Source: Podarcis melisellensis (lineage: Eukaryota). From it: a DNA stretch of 64,000 nt. Shown here one piece after another: positions 12,469 to 25,735 of this stretch (its first letter is position 1; every line of letters begins with the position of its first letter). The position numbers and the translations under genes are program-made. The notes under the pieces were generated by a model. It was not told the DNA's origin and searched no databases. It saw only the letters and a program-made list of their open reading frames with translations. The DNA is taken from the NCBI GenBank assembly GCA_964234715.1, contig OZ174277.1. One strand, given 5' to 3'.

Positions 12469-14650
12469 GAAGAGAGAGGGAATAAAATGACAAAGTGAGG
12501 TCAGGCTGCTGAAAATATTTTAGGCTATCATACGGACCCCACTTAATCTGGGAGTAAGCCCCATTGAATTCATTGAGATTTACTTCTGAGTAGACATGGT
12601 TAGGATTGCAGCCATAGTCTTTTTAGATGCCATGCACTCTCGTCATTTTTTTTGTTGCACCAGAATACAGCTACCCTTGTGGCATTGGTTAAAAGTTGCT
12701 AATGACGTTGGCTTGAGTTCTTTCAAACTATCAGTAAATAATGTTCTGTTGCGCTAGCATGGCTATTACTATTCAATGAAACAACAGCTCTAGTTTTCAC
12801 ACAGCCTGCTAAAAAAACAATGCCGATGCAGTTTCTGAAAGCATAATTGTGAGTGTGTGACACCTAAGAATGTGCTAAGCAATTGTGAGCATCCTGGAAG
12901 CAAGTGTAAAACTACCGTAACTTGAGGCTTTCCGTTAATTTCGGCTGAGAAGCTGTTGCTATGCCCCAGCAGTTGGCATGAAAGAATTGGGGGTGTCAGC
13001 TTTTACCTTCTCGAGTAGGGCTGGAAAAAAATATTCCAGATTTCCTAGGTTGCCTTAACTTAACTGTTTAGGAGCCTAGCACTAAAGCTCATGGCAAAGT
13101 ATTGTGGGTCGGGAATCCCTATCTTTCCGTACTTGGGATTTATCCCATTCTTCCTCCATATTGGGGAAGGCATGGAAGAAAACCTGCAAAGTGTTCAGCA
13201 GCTTGCATCCATTAGCAAGATGTTCTTTGGGCTGAAAATAATTAGAATAGCAAATGGGCCAGAGACGCTCAGAAGCTGTCCTCTATTCCTGCTGTGCTGG
13301 AGCTGGGCAGCAGTCACACCCTAGCAAAGAATGATCTTTAGTTCCTTCTAATGGGTGTGCATCTACATAGAGGTGAACCCGGCAGTTACCAGAGCAATCG
13401 GATGCTAAAATATAATGTCTGTGTGCAGGCTTTTAATGTGCAGAGATCTGGACACAAACCAAGAACTCCGTTGTCTCGTTCCCATAGAGGGCAGGGCACA
13501 TTTTCAGTCTGCATTGCCTTCTTGATGGAATTCTGGTCGCAGAGCAGAGCGGAAACAGCAGCCCTCTGAAACTATTGACCTAATCAAAGCCCGCTAAAAT
13601 AGAGAAAAGGGCCTGTGCCCTACATGCAATTCAAAGCCAGCCTTGTAGGTGTAAATCTGCAAGTCCTTTCAATGGCAGCTGTTGCACCAATGCGTAACCA
13701 AACTCATGCAATGCACATTTAATAATGAGTTGGTTCTTTATCGGATGCCTTCTGATGCACGACCAGCATCCTGGTATGGTTCGTTTGCCAGAATCTCTCT
13801 GAGGTCTGGACTGGTGTTGCTACTGAACAATCCCGCCCTGCACCATTCCTGATGTGCATTAAGATGTTCCTTGCAATTCCTCTCCTATGTCAGATCTGCC
13901 GCTGCCAAAGGTACAACACTAGTCGTACAAATGGAAGCCACACCCATTATCTCCTGCAAGTACAGACTTATTGCTTCCATAGGCTGACGGGGCATGTCTT
14001 CCTTAGGCAAAACTGATTGCAGGTTTCCACCTCTCTCCTCCAAAATAATTTGTCTTTCAGTTACTCCCCATGCAAAGGATAAATTTAGGTATTTGAGGTG
14101 TGAAAATCATCATGTGTGCAAGCTGATACGTTCTCTCATTGAAACTAATTATTGCAGCAGCGGCCTTTAGCTTGTAGTTGCTTCCAGTGTGCAGGGCAGG
14201 AGCGTGTTTACTCTTTGCTCAAACAAGTCAAATTAAAATTCTGCATCAACAAAAGTTCAGTTCTGCAATGTCCATATGCCAGGGCAAAAATGAGCACACT
14301 TTCCCCATTTCCATGTTACTTAATTTATCCTGGTTTTTCTCATTAGGAAGTGGGGATGGACAAAAAAGAAGGCACTGAACTCCTGTTTTTCTCCCCCCAC
14401 CTAGCCAACCAAGCTTAGGAAGCCTTTGTTTATCAATTCTCTGGCTGCTGAGATTTCAGGAGGCATTAACCACACACTTTCAAGCATGCCTTTCCAGCCA
14501 TAAGAACAGGAAGCTTGTCCGCTCCTTTTATGAATACTGAGTTTTTGTGGGAGCAGAATAAGCAGTACCATGTTAATCCTGAATCCAGTACCATGTTCTG
14601 TGTTTCTGATGCATTGCATCACACCCACTGCCCTTCTTGGAGCTTTACTT

Positions 14651-14910
14651 GAGAGCCAGTGTGGTGTAGTGGTTAAAAGCAGTGGACTCGTAATCTGGTG
14701 AACCGGGTTCGCTTCCCTGCTCCTCCACATGCAGCTGCAGGGTGACCTTGGGCTAGTCACACTTCTCTGAAGTCTCTCAGCCTCACTCACCTCACAGAGT
14801 GTTTGTTGTGGCGGAGGAAGGGAAAGGAGAATGTTAGCCGCTTTGAGGCTCCTTCGGGTAGTGATAAAGCGGGGTATCAAATCCAAACTCCTCTTCTTCA
14901 GCAGCAGCAG
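14651..14910 (+). mobile_element. tRNA-derived SINE, same family as 546-808
   Basis: High identity to 546-808. Confidence 0.8.
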
Positions 14911-15524
14911 AGGAAGTTCTCCTCACTTGCAAGCTCAACATCATAGCAAGCTCTGTTAGAACAAATGTACTGTGGATGGACCATAGCTCTGCGGGTAGAC
15001 CTCATGCTTTGAGTGCAAAAGGCCTGGGGTTCAATCCCTAGGATCCCCAGCTTTTTTTAAAAAAAGGCTCATGTAGCAGGTGATGTGCGAAGGATATTTG
15101 CCTGACATCTTGGAGAGCTCCTCGCAGCTAGACACCAATGTGATTTGGGGAAGTTTCCTATTCTCCAGCTCTGCAGGGCAGAGAACTGGCAGCCCTAATA
15201 TAGATGCCGGAAGGAACAATTAGAAATGAGCTGCTCCAGTTTGCAAAGAGAGAAGCAGAGGTGGTGATAGAGAAACCCACAAAGTTCTTTTTCCAGCAGC
15301 ACTAATAAAATTATCTCTCCGTATGGCAATGGATTTCAAACACTTGGAGGGCAGGCCCCAGTGTCAAGTGCTGCTCAGAAGTCTACATATCTAGGCATGC
15401 AATCCTCGGAGTGACCAGTCAGATGCCTGTGGAAATCCCACATACAGGATATAAGTGCAACACTGCTCTCCCTTCCAGCAGCTGGTATACAGGGACATGC
15501 TGTCTCTAGCCACCAATAGCCTTA

Positions 15525-15884
15525 AAGGTAAAGGGTAAAGGGACCCCTGACCATTAGGTCCAGTCATGACCGACTATAGGGTTGCGACGCTCATCTCGCT
15601 TTATTGGCCAAGGGAGCTGGCGTACAGCTTCTGGGTCATGTGGCCAGCATGACTAAGCTGCTTCTGGCGAACCAGAGCAGCGCACGGAAACACCGTTTAC
15701 CTTCCCGCCGGTGCGGTACCTATTTATCTACTTGCACTGTGATGTGCTCTCGAATTGCTAGGTTGGCAGGAGCAGGGTCTGAGAAACAGGAGCTCACCCC
15801 GTCACGGGGATTCGAACCGGCGACCATCTGATTGACAAATCCTAGGCTCTGTGGTTTAACCCGTAGCGCCACCCGCGTCCATCT
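15525..15884 (-). mobile_element. Sauria SINE, full length
   Basis: tRNA-like head, BovB-like tail with (ACCTTT)n; TSD AATAGCCTTA. Confidence 0.9.
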
Positions 15885-17973
15885 AATAGCCTTACCCTCC
15901 GTCAATTTGCCTAGTCCTCTTAAAGTCGCCCATGCAGCAGCGGGTGCCTTGCAGTGTGGCCCTGATCCTTGAGGATCCTTAGTCTGAAGCACAGTTGTTG
16001 CTCAGAGCACACGGAGGGGTAATTGCATTGCAGCTGCTTGTTCTTCCAGCTTCAGAAAGAGCATGAGCAGGTTGAAGGAACAGTGAGCAGACTTAAGAGT
16101 CGTTCCTGGAAATGACAAAACAAAGGGAATCAAGGCTGCTTAGGATGTTCCCTCGGTGCTAAGTCAGACCATTGGTCCATCTAGCTGACTGGCAGCATCT
16201 TTCCGGGAATCTCTCACAGCCCTTACCTGGAGATGCTGGGGATTAAACCTGGAGCCTTGCTCATCCAGAGCAGTTGCTCATTGGCTGAGCTACAGCCCAG
16301 AGGTGCCCGTTGCTGAACCGCATTGCTCTAAATGCTTGGGTGCTCCCTGCCTTTCAGTAAAACGAAACAGAGCAGCTCCTGTGCTTTCAAGATGCTAGCA
16401 GGTCAGGGAGATGGATTCTAGCCTAGACATGCTATGTTGCCCAGATCCTTTGTTGGTTTCCTTTTAGTGGCTTTTGAGTGGATCAGCACTAGGAAAGCTC
16501 TCTATTCATTTCCAGGGCAAGCACATAGTGGAAACAAGAACACACACAAACACACGCATTTTAAAAGCAGATCTAAAAAAGAACGGTGGATGAAGACCCA
16601 AGGGAGGGGTGTGAGAGAGAACATTGAAAGAGCAAACATAAACATGGCAAAGGCAATTTCAAGACCCAAGTCTTGCAATGCTGGGATCTCAGAAATGAGA
16701 GATTTTGTTTAGATGTAAAGTGTGAAAAGGGACTGAGCCTTAAGCGTGGCAGGCCCTGTCCTGTGGAACTCACTGCCAGTAGAGGTTTGGCAGGAACCAC
16801 CCTTCCATCCAGATTTCTTCTGTTTAGACAGGCCTTCGCAACAGGAATTCTCTTTTTTTAGCCAGTCAGTATTTATTGATGTTTTTATGCTGATTTTATT
16901 TTCATGCGTTGTACTATTGTCTTGATTTTTTATGTATATAAAAAATGTGGATTATAAATATGTAGGTAAATTAAAAGAGAGAGAGAGTGCACTCTTTGCC
17001 AGAAGAACAAAGAGATACCCAACTTTACTGAATGGTCAAGCCTTGTAGTTGTCCACAGTGCAGTTTTTACAAGTGTGCTAGTTTTTATATGGAAGCAGGA
17101 ATCATTTCAGGTATTGGATCGCTTCTGCAATCTAAGATGTCAAGCAAAAGATGCAATGCGTGTGGCATCTGATTTTGTACCTTGGCTTTCTGTTAAAAAG
17201 CTGAGGTTCCTCCATCCCACTAGCCAGGAGTAGGAATGGTCACAGCAGTTCCTTCCCACATAAAGAAGAATAAAGGATTCTGCAAACCTGTTCACTTATA
17301 AGACCCTGACAAAAAGGGCAGGAGATCCTAAGGTTCTGCTGCTATTATCTATTATCCTGCAGTTCTACTATAGCTACTTTTCATAGAATCATAGAGTTCG
17401 AAGGGACCCCAAAGGGCCATCTAGCCCAACCCCCTGCGGTGCAGGGATACCTTCGCCAACCCCAACCGCCTCCTTCCGACAACTTACCTTGGGATGCTAA
17501 ATTGTAACGTGAGAAAGAAATCCTAAAAAGAGATATTTCGAACTCTTTTTGAGATTCAAGTGTTTATTGCTTTGTCATTTTCAGAGTTGGAACAGAAGGC
17601 CGAAACTGGATGTGATGCTAAATTCGGCACTCGCTGCTCCCTCTTTATTTTAAAAAAGCAGCCGCTTGGCAGAGATACGAGTTTTCGTCAGAACAACAGT
17701 GCGTGGGAAGAGGTTAAACCTTTCTTCTTGGCCGCCTTCTCCCCCTCCGGCTGCTATTAACCGCAAGAGGGAAGCTCCCATTCATGGAGGATAGGGCTTC
17801 TCAATGGCTGCTATCCCCCATGACCAGGTTCTGTCCCCACTTTTGGAAGGCAACGTTACTCTGAATGTCAGTTGTGGGAATTGCAAGTGGGGAGAGAGTG
17901 TCGCTGTGCTAAGGTCCTACTTTCGGACTTCCCACAGCCACTGTGAGAGAACAGGTCGTTGGACCACCTGGGC

Positions 17974-18104
17974 CAGGCATCTCCAACCTCCAGATGTTTT
18001 GGCCTCCAACTCCCATGATCCCTAGCTAACAGGACCAGTGGTCGGGGATGATGGGAATTGTAGTCCAAAAAAAAATCTGGAGGGCCGAAGGTTGGGGATG
18101 CCTG
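17974..18104. mobile_element. hAT-type MITE, same family as 12237 and 21501
   Basis: Palindromic CCTCCAGATGTTTTGG...CCAAAA..ATCTGGAGG core. Confidence 0.75.
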
Positions 18105-19494
18105 AGCCGGGCCATTGGTCTTTTCCAGTGGGGAGTCTTCTTAAGTTCCACTGGTGCCAAAAAAACCCACGTTTCCTTCCACGCTGATGATAGCAGCCAT
18201 GGGAGGCGATTTTTATGGGGAATTTCGGCACGGAAGGAAAGGGTTAACCATACGCTGTGGTCCTGATGCAAACCATCCCTCCTTGTTGCCTGCTATTAGC
18301 GGCTTTAAAAAATAAAATAAAATGCAGCAGCAAGCATCACATATAGTTTAAGTCCAGAGAGAGAGAGAGAGAGAGAGACTCTCTTTTATTTCTTCTTGTC
18401 CTCAAAAATTGGGCGGGACAGTGTGCTTGTTTTTTAAGCCAGCAAACCCTGCGCAAGCACGTTTCTGATGAAAGCACAGCAATTCAGTTGCAGGAACTTC
18501 CAATAATGCTGCTTGTTGCCTTTTAAATCTTCTGATCTCCTCTGGGCAAAACAATAAGAGGCTGTTTTCTGCTTATTCTGCTGTCGCCAGGTGCTTCTAA
18601 ACCAGAAATCTTCCAGGGGGCTCATATTAGTCATTATATTTTGTGGAGGTTTTGTTGAGGTTCGTTTGCGTGTGTGTATTCTTTAAAAAAAACAACACTC
18701 CCAACTGGCAGGCTGATACAACCTCTCTCTCTCTTTTTAATATACTCTATTCAAGATTCTGGGGAAGGATGAGCTGAGAAGTGGCACAGGGCCTCTTCAG
18801 ACTTATAATGAACTGGCTGTGGTGAGATCCTGTTAATATTCAGCAGGCAGCGGGGGTGGGGTGGGGACTGGCAAGGCGCCCCATGGTCCTTGTAAGAGAA
18901 GTGGGGAGCGAGGGCTGGGCAGCAGAAATAGGGCCATCTATTTCCAAATGTCTTTTGGAAAGCATTGTTTTGTCCAGTTTGCTTCCCACAGTACTCCCCC
19001 CCCCCCGGTCCAGGGAATGCCTCCCCCATTTCCTATAGCTGCCATCCACAGCCTTTCTCTCTCCCCTCCCCACATCTCGTAGACCTTAAAATGCTTTTTC
19101 TCCTCCCCCGTTGAGGGGAAAGAGGGGCTACACAAACCTGTAAGGAGAGCTTCCTGTTCTTTGAGCCTTTTTTTAAAATGCCATTTTTGAAATGTTTTGA
19201 ATTAACCTGCTAAGGGTTGGATTTGGGAGGCGAGGAAACGAACTTGGAGTGGATCCAGGGGGAAGTTCTGCCAGCCTTGCTAACTTAGCCTGTGTTGGCA
19301 AAATGAGGGCAGCATTTAGGAATGGGGTTCTGCTTCACTTTGAGTTATGTTTTTCCTCTCTCTCTTTCTCTCTCTCTCTGTCTGTCCTGTTTCTAGGTGT
19401 CCTGCAGAATCCTCCCCTCCCCTTTGATATATTTGTTTATACCAGCTCCAGTTTAATCTCCTGCTTTCACATTTGCCAGGGCTCTGGAGAGAGA

Positions 19495-19496
<2 letters not shown>

Positions 19497-19544
<48 letters not shown>
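19497..19544. repeat. (CT)n microsatellite
   Basis: Visible directly in the sequence. Confidence 0.95.
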
Positions 19545-19546
<2 letters not shown>

Positions 19547-21500
19547 CGCGCGTGCACACACACAGCCATTCCTCATCTAGTTTCGTGTAGCCTTTTAAAA
19601 ATTAAAATCTCGCTGAGTACAAAGGCAATTGCATCATTGCTTGCACAAAATAATAAAGTGTGCAGCTATAGCCATATAAAATTCATTCATTCAATTCGTA
19701 GTGCTCCCTTCTTCCCAAAGGGTGCATATTGCCACAATACTTTACATTACAGAGCACAGTGAATCAACATCGTTCCAGAAACGCATTTGGTCCTGCGGTG
19801 CAAGCTCTCCTAAAGCGTGTTAACTTGATCATGGTCAAGATTGACCAGTCTCTTTGAGCCTATCTGTTTCTTGCAGCACTTGATCAGCGCGGGCCTTGTC
19901 CTCAGCAAACAACTCTGATCCATTGGATCACCGCTGCGTTGATGTCTGGACGATGGACTCTCCCTCCCCTCCAGCTCCTCCTTCCCAGCCTCACTGTTAA
20001 CGTCTCCATTCATTATTATGCTGCAAATCTATACTTTGTTCACTTCTTAAATCCTCTTCCCAATGTTTCTCTGCCTTGGGCATTGGAACCTCAGGAGGAA
20101 GGCGATTTCAAAGCTGGGGGGAAGCTCTCTGTTGAAATCCTGCACTGTGACTAGCTTACCAATCCTTTTGTTGCTTTCCTCTCAGTGGCTTTGGGGCGGA
20201 TCAGCATGGAGTGACTCCTAATTAGCTCTTTGGGAGAGTAAACCCAAGGAGAGTTCAGCTCAAGGAGATAAAAGCAGGTTTCGAAAAGGACAGCAGATGA
20301 AGGCCCAAAAGGTGGGGTGGGAAGGAGACCGGTGAAAAGGAAGATCTTAACACAGCAAAGGACTTTGCATTTCAGGCTTTTTGTGGGTGAGGTTGCGGTA
20401 AGATGCAAAGAACCGTAGAATCCAGATTTTGCAGTTTGGTGTCATGCATTTTGGCCAGATGATCAGCTCAAGCCCAGGTGTCTGGCTACTGCATTCACAA
20501 AACAGTATTCGCAGCCCACCACTTCAGCCTGTTTTGTATGATGAGGAAAGCCTTGCCTAGATTTTGTCTTCTTTCGGATTTGCATCCAGAGTTCTGCCAG
20601 GTGGCTGTGCTTGGAGCAAACAGAGAAAGGTTTGACATTTTCCGCGCAAAACTCTGCTGCTTCATCCACTTCATTATACTGTTGAGGTGACCCACCCTCT
20701 GCAAATGTGAAATTATCCTCTTAAGATAACAGGGCACTTATTAACTAGCAGCAAGCATGAATTCAAACACACCCAGGGCTGAGTCACGCATGGCACTAGG
20801 CCCCCGCCTCCGAAGCTCGGTGGCTCTCAGCAGAATGAGCAAGCTGTCTCCATTTGGAAGTGCCGTGGTTCTGAATTGACATTGGATGATACGGCAGTTC
20901 TGCCTGGGGGGGGGGGGAGGCAGGCATTTGATCTGTGATGGCTCATTCACATGTGCACTAAGTGGCGGCTTGCTGCTGTAGATAAGGAGCAATGAACATG
21001 CATATGTGAGCTAGTCCTTAGTGAAGGCAAGACGCTTGTTCTTTTGGGATTCTGTGAGGGTGTCCGCCTTGCCTGCATTTTAATTTTTTTAAAATCATTT
21101 TTCATTTAATGTGGAGCTGGGGAACCTTTTTCAGTCTTGGAATTCAGTTTGCATTCCCATGGGTCATATGCCTGTGATGGGCATGGCCAGAGGCAGTGTT
21201 AGAAATTCCCCTGGTGCGTTTTGCGACTGGCACAGGTCCAGTTGTGACCACGTGGATGCCAGGTTCGCAACTGACACCTCCATCTGACTGGCCCCTCTTG
21301 TTTTCTTAAGAAAGTAAGCGGAAGAGCTTATTTGTTGCATTTATATCCCACCTTTTCCTCAGGAGTACATGGCTCCCCCCCCTCAGATAATCCTTACAAC
21401 GGCCCTGTGAGGTACGACAAGAAGCTGTGACTGGCCCAAGGTCACCCAGTGAGCTTCCCTGGGGATTTGATCTCCCAGCTCCTAGTCCGACACTCTAAGC

Positions 21501-21636
21501 CAGGCACCCCCAAACTCGGCCCTCCAGATGTTTTGGGATTACAACTCCCATCATCCCTAGCTTACAGGACCAGTGGTCAGGGATGATGGGAATTGTAGTC
21601 CCAAAACATCTGGAGGGCCGAATTTGGGGGTGCCTG
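21501..21636. mobile_element. hAT-type MITE inserted in a tRNA-SINE
   Basis: Near-perfect palindrome CAGGCACCCCCAAA...TTTGGGGGTGCCTG; TSD CTCTAAGC. Confidence 0.9.
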
Positions 21637-21899
21637 CTCTAAGCACTATACCACTCTGGTTTCCTAAAGTCCCTCTGCTATGGGGCAGCTATATGAATTA
21701 AGTAGGTAAATAAATATGGGGAAAGCAAAACGTCACTTAGAGGAGGTTCTGAAATATTTTCCTTGAAGCTTGAACTTGTTTAATTCTGGCTTGTTTCATT
21801 TGGTGTTTTAATGGCTTTGAAATTTTTTTCTTTAAAAAATAAAGCGGTATAGAAATGAATAGCAATAATAAATTAAATTGCAAAAAAAGGTGCCTAGAC

Positions 21900-22336
21900 C
21901 AGGGTTCGAAATTAGCAGGGCGCCAGGTGCATTTTGCGCCTAAAGATTCTCTGTTTGCGATCACCTCAAAAAGTGGGTGCAATTTTTTGTGCCTGGCTGA
22001 CACTCAATGTATGTGCTTTGAAGCCTTGAAGTATATGTTAAGGAGAGACAATATGTTAAAGAATTTAACAATTAAGAAGAGTTTGGATTAAAGAGTAGAG
22101 TGTTTTGAAAACTGACGTATGGTACCAATATTGCTATTGTAAACATCAAATTAAACATGTATTAACAATTTCTGCTAAAACTGTGAAATTAACAATGTGT
22201 CACTTATGTGAATTGCATATTAGTTCATGCTTATCAAAATAATAAATAAAGTATTGTGCCACTCACATTGGCACTCATAACCCAGGTCCCAGAAGCCATT
22301 TGGCTCCTAGCTTTTATATCCCAGTTTCTAACCCTG
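21900..22336. mobile_element. Non-autonomous hAT element
   Basis: TIR CAGGGTTCGAAA...TTTCTAACCCTG; TSD GCCTAGAC. Confidence 0.85.
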
Positions 22337-22476
22337 GCCTAGACATTCCATTGTGGTGACTGCAACCTAGGTTTAAGGTGCCATTCAGTGGTGATTAGCT
22401 TATAAATCTTGAGTTTCTAACATTGACCAGAGGCAAAACGTGGACAGAGCTGTGAATCTTAACCTTTTGTACAGTA

Positions 22477-22689
22477 CAGTGGTACCTCGGGTTACAGACG
22501 CTTCAGGTTACAGACTCTGCTAACCCAGAAATAGTACCTCGGGTTAAGAATTTTGCTTCAGGATGAGAACAGAAATTGTGCGGCGGCAATGGGAGGCCCC
22601 ATTAGCTAAAGTGGTACCTCAGGTTAAGATGAGTTTCAGGTTAAGAACGGACCTCCAGAACGAATTAAGTTCTTAACCTGAGGTACCAG
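22477..22689. mobile_element. Tc1/mariner (Tigger-like) MITE
   Basis: TIR CAGTGGTACCTCGGGTTA after TA; family repeated throughout the window. Confidence 0.85.
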
Positions 22690-22792
22690 TATAGACTACA
22701 TTTCAGCCATGCAGAAGTCAAGGGTTTTCGGTATCCACACACCTGTCTCCACCCAGGCATTCAAGAGGCATTATCACAGTTCAAGAGCAGGT

Positions 22793-23246
22793 TTGTTGTT
22801 GCTTAGTTGTGTCTGACTCTTCGTGACCCCCTGGACCAGAGCACGCCAGGCACTCCTGTCTTCCACTGCCTCCCGCAGTTTGGTCAAACTCATGCTGGTA
22901 GCTTCGAGAACACTGTCCAACCATCTCGTCCTCTGTCACCCACTTCTCCTTGTGCCCTCCATCTTTCCCAACATCAGGGTCTTTTCCAGGGAGTCTTCTC
23001 TTCTCATGAGGTGGCCAAAATATTGGAGCCTCAGCTTCACGATCTGTCCTTCCAGTGAGCACTCAGGGCTGATTTCCTTAAGAATGGAGAGGTTTGATCT
23101 TCTTTCAGTCCATGGGACTCTCAGGAGTCTCCTCCAGCAATATAATTCAAAAGCATCAATTCTTCGGCGATCAGCCTTCTCTATGGTCCAACTCTCACTT
23201 CCATACATCACTACTGGGAAAACCATAGCTTTGACTATACGGACCA
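22793..23246 (-). mobile_element. BovB (RTE-clade) LINE 3' fragment
   Basis: Translation VFPVVMYGSESWTI..ADRRRIDAFELYCWRRLLRVPW...LRLQYFGHLMRREDSLEKTLMLGK is typical of BovB; (CAA)n tail. Confidence 0.92.
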
Positions 23247-23894
23247 GTTACAGACAGGCAAAAGCACTCATTGAGGCTCGTGACATAGGGCTGGTGAGAT
23301 GTGTGGTCTGAGAAGAGGCATGTAGCCTAGGCAGAGTCCTGAAAGCCACAGAGAGAGTTCTGGAGCTCTATAGTGGGCCCTCCAAACCTGAGAGTTCTGC
23401 ATCCCTGATTTTTAATGAATGAATGTGTTACGGTAAAAGAAAAAGGGGAAAAAATCAATGTAAACGGCAACAGAGCCTCTTAAAGGAGAGAGCCCAGGCA
23501 AATGGAAAAATAGGGCCCTGTGTTAAAAATGTATAGGGTTTCTTTTCCATTTTAACAGCTACGCCTTACGGATCTCACTGTGAAATAATGGCAAGGTAAT
23601 CAATGGCTGGAACAGTTTCTGAAAGGTCTTGCAGGAAGAAGAAAAAAGCCTACATTTTGTTTGTATGTGTGCCCTAGGAGTCTTCAAAAGAAATAAAGGA
23701 AAGTCAAGGTAGCATGATGCGTTCCAGGTTTCTTTTCTCCTAGGAGGTAGTTTTTTGGGGAAGCGTTGTGGGGCTGAAGAGTACATCCCAAGCCTTAGGT
23801 TCACCTCCAAGAGGCGGTTTAGGTTTAACACTGCCTGTATCCTGATTTGCAGGATGAGTGCAAGCCACAGGTTTCGGGTTTTGTTCGAGCAGCG

Positions 23895-24154
23895 CAGTGG
23901 TACCTCTGGTTGCGAACATGATCCGTTCTGGAGGCCTGTTTGCAACATGAAAAGAACGCAACCAGCAGTGGTGCGTCTGTGCACACGCGGATTGCGATTC
24001 ACCGCTTCTGCGCATGCACGTGATGTCATTTTGTGCTTCTGCGCATGTGCGAGCGGTGAAACCCGGAAGTAACCCTTTCCGGTACTTCCGGGTCGCCGCG
24101 TGACGTAACCTGAAAGAACGTAACATGAAGCGGACGTAACATGAGGTATGACTG
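23895..24154. mobile_element. Tigger-like MITE, CpG-rich subfamily
   Basis: TIR CAGTGGTACCTC...GAGGTATGACTG followed by TA; internal palindromes. Confidence 0.75.
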
Positions 24155-25119
24155 TATTATAAAACCACTGAGAGAAGATAGAATTATGGAATGTGATATA
24201 GAGTTTGAAGGATATGATTGGGTGGCCATCTGTCACGGATGCTTCAGTTAAGATTCCTGCATTTCAGGGGGCTGGACTAGATACCCCGGGGGGGTCTCTT
24301 TCAACTTTACAATTCCCTGAGACTGTGATTCCTCAAGGCAGGATTGGAGGGAGCGAATTGACGCATGTGAAGGGGGAGAAGGAAGCACACGAGTAACATG
24401 GCTTCTCACTGCTCATTGAGATCATGGTTTGGCATTGCATTTGAACTGCCCATAGGTTTCTGTAGGGCAGGTTTGGGGAACCTGTGCTCCCCCACCAGCT
24501 CTCAGCATCTTCGCCATTGCCCATGCAGGCTGAGGCCAATGGGAGTTGCCTGGATACCACTTTATTACTGTTTAGGCATCAAGTTAAGACATCCCCCCCA
24601 AGCATTTTAATGGTTTTCATTGAATAGAAGCTGGAAGCTTTTGATTGCTGTTTCCCTAGCTGTTTTATTTTTTTGGTTGTGCTGATTATGTTGTTTGTTT
24701 TATTGCTCTTAACTGGTTTGTTTTATTTTATTGCTTTGTTTAAAATTACATTGAAAACTATGCTGGGAGAAAATGTTACCTAGGGTGGTATACGGATATG
24801 TTAAATGCTTATCATAAGTCGTAAGTAGCAGTTTACAGGTACCGTACAACGGAATGAACTGTAATAGGGATAAGCCACATCATTTGACGAGAGATAATCA
24901 AATGTGACAATATTTGACAGTGATTCTTAGATACTGTGTTTACAGTAGGTCCTTCCAGTAGGATATAATTGTTGCTTTACAAATTGCACCAAGAGTTGTA
25001 TCCAAAAATTTTTAGTCCAAGCAGACCTAGTGAAATAAATGAACACAAGTGATTTGGGTTTGTTAATTTCTATTAACTAAAACTTAATTGGATACACTTT
25101 TTTTAAAAAAACCACAAGA

Positions 25120-25735
25120 TACGATACAATAATCTTTATTGTCATTGTCCCATACAGAACAACGAAATTTAAAAAGAAAATATACATATGACATTCAAAA
25201 CCAACAAGCCTGCTATCCCAGCTATCCCAACCTGGTTAGCCCCCTAAAATCTCTGATATCCCATTTTTAAAATACAATATACTCCCACATAGACTCCTTA
25301 CACTGCGTTTAAAACCAAAATTTGGATAGAAACTGTTTCTCAGGCGGCTAGTCCTAGTTTTTATAACCCTGTACCTTCTTCCAGGCCTGCCAACCTAGCA
25401 GTTCGGAAGCACCTCCGGGTGCAAGTAGATAAATAGGGACCGCTTACCAGCGGGAAGGTAAACGGCGTTTCCGTGTGCAGCTCTGGCTCGCCAGAGCAGC
25501 GATGTCACGCTGGCCACGTGACCCGGAAGTGTCTCCGGACAGCGCTGGCCCCTGGCCTCTTAAGTGAGATGGGCGCACAACCCCAGAGTCTGGCAAGACT
25601 GGCCCGTACGGGCAGGGGTACCTTTACCTTTACCTTTACCTTCTTCCAGAAGGCAGAAGCTGAAAGAGATCATTTCCGGGGTGTGCACTATCCTGCACTA
25701 TCTTTGCAGCTTTCTTATAGCACCGAAGTAATATA
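25120..25735 (-). mobile_element. Rex1/Babar LINE 3' end, interrupted by a Sauria SINE
   Basis: Joined translation IVQDSAHPGNDLFQLLPSGRRYRVIKTRTSRLRNSFYP is the Rex1-type C-terminus. Confidence 0.75.
25385..25636 (+). mobile_element. Sauria SINE (5'-truncated, distinct subfamily)
   Basis: Core CTAGCAGTTCG..GTAGATAAATAGG; (TACCTT)n tail; TSD TACCTTCTTCCAG. Confidence 0.85.

Larger units (their letters stand above)
21194..22425. mobile_element. Non-autonomous hAT element hosting nested insertions
   Basis: TIR CAGTGTTAGAAA...TTTCTAACATTG; 8-bp TSD GCCAGAGG/ACCAGAGG. Confidence 0.7.
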
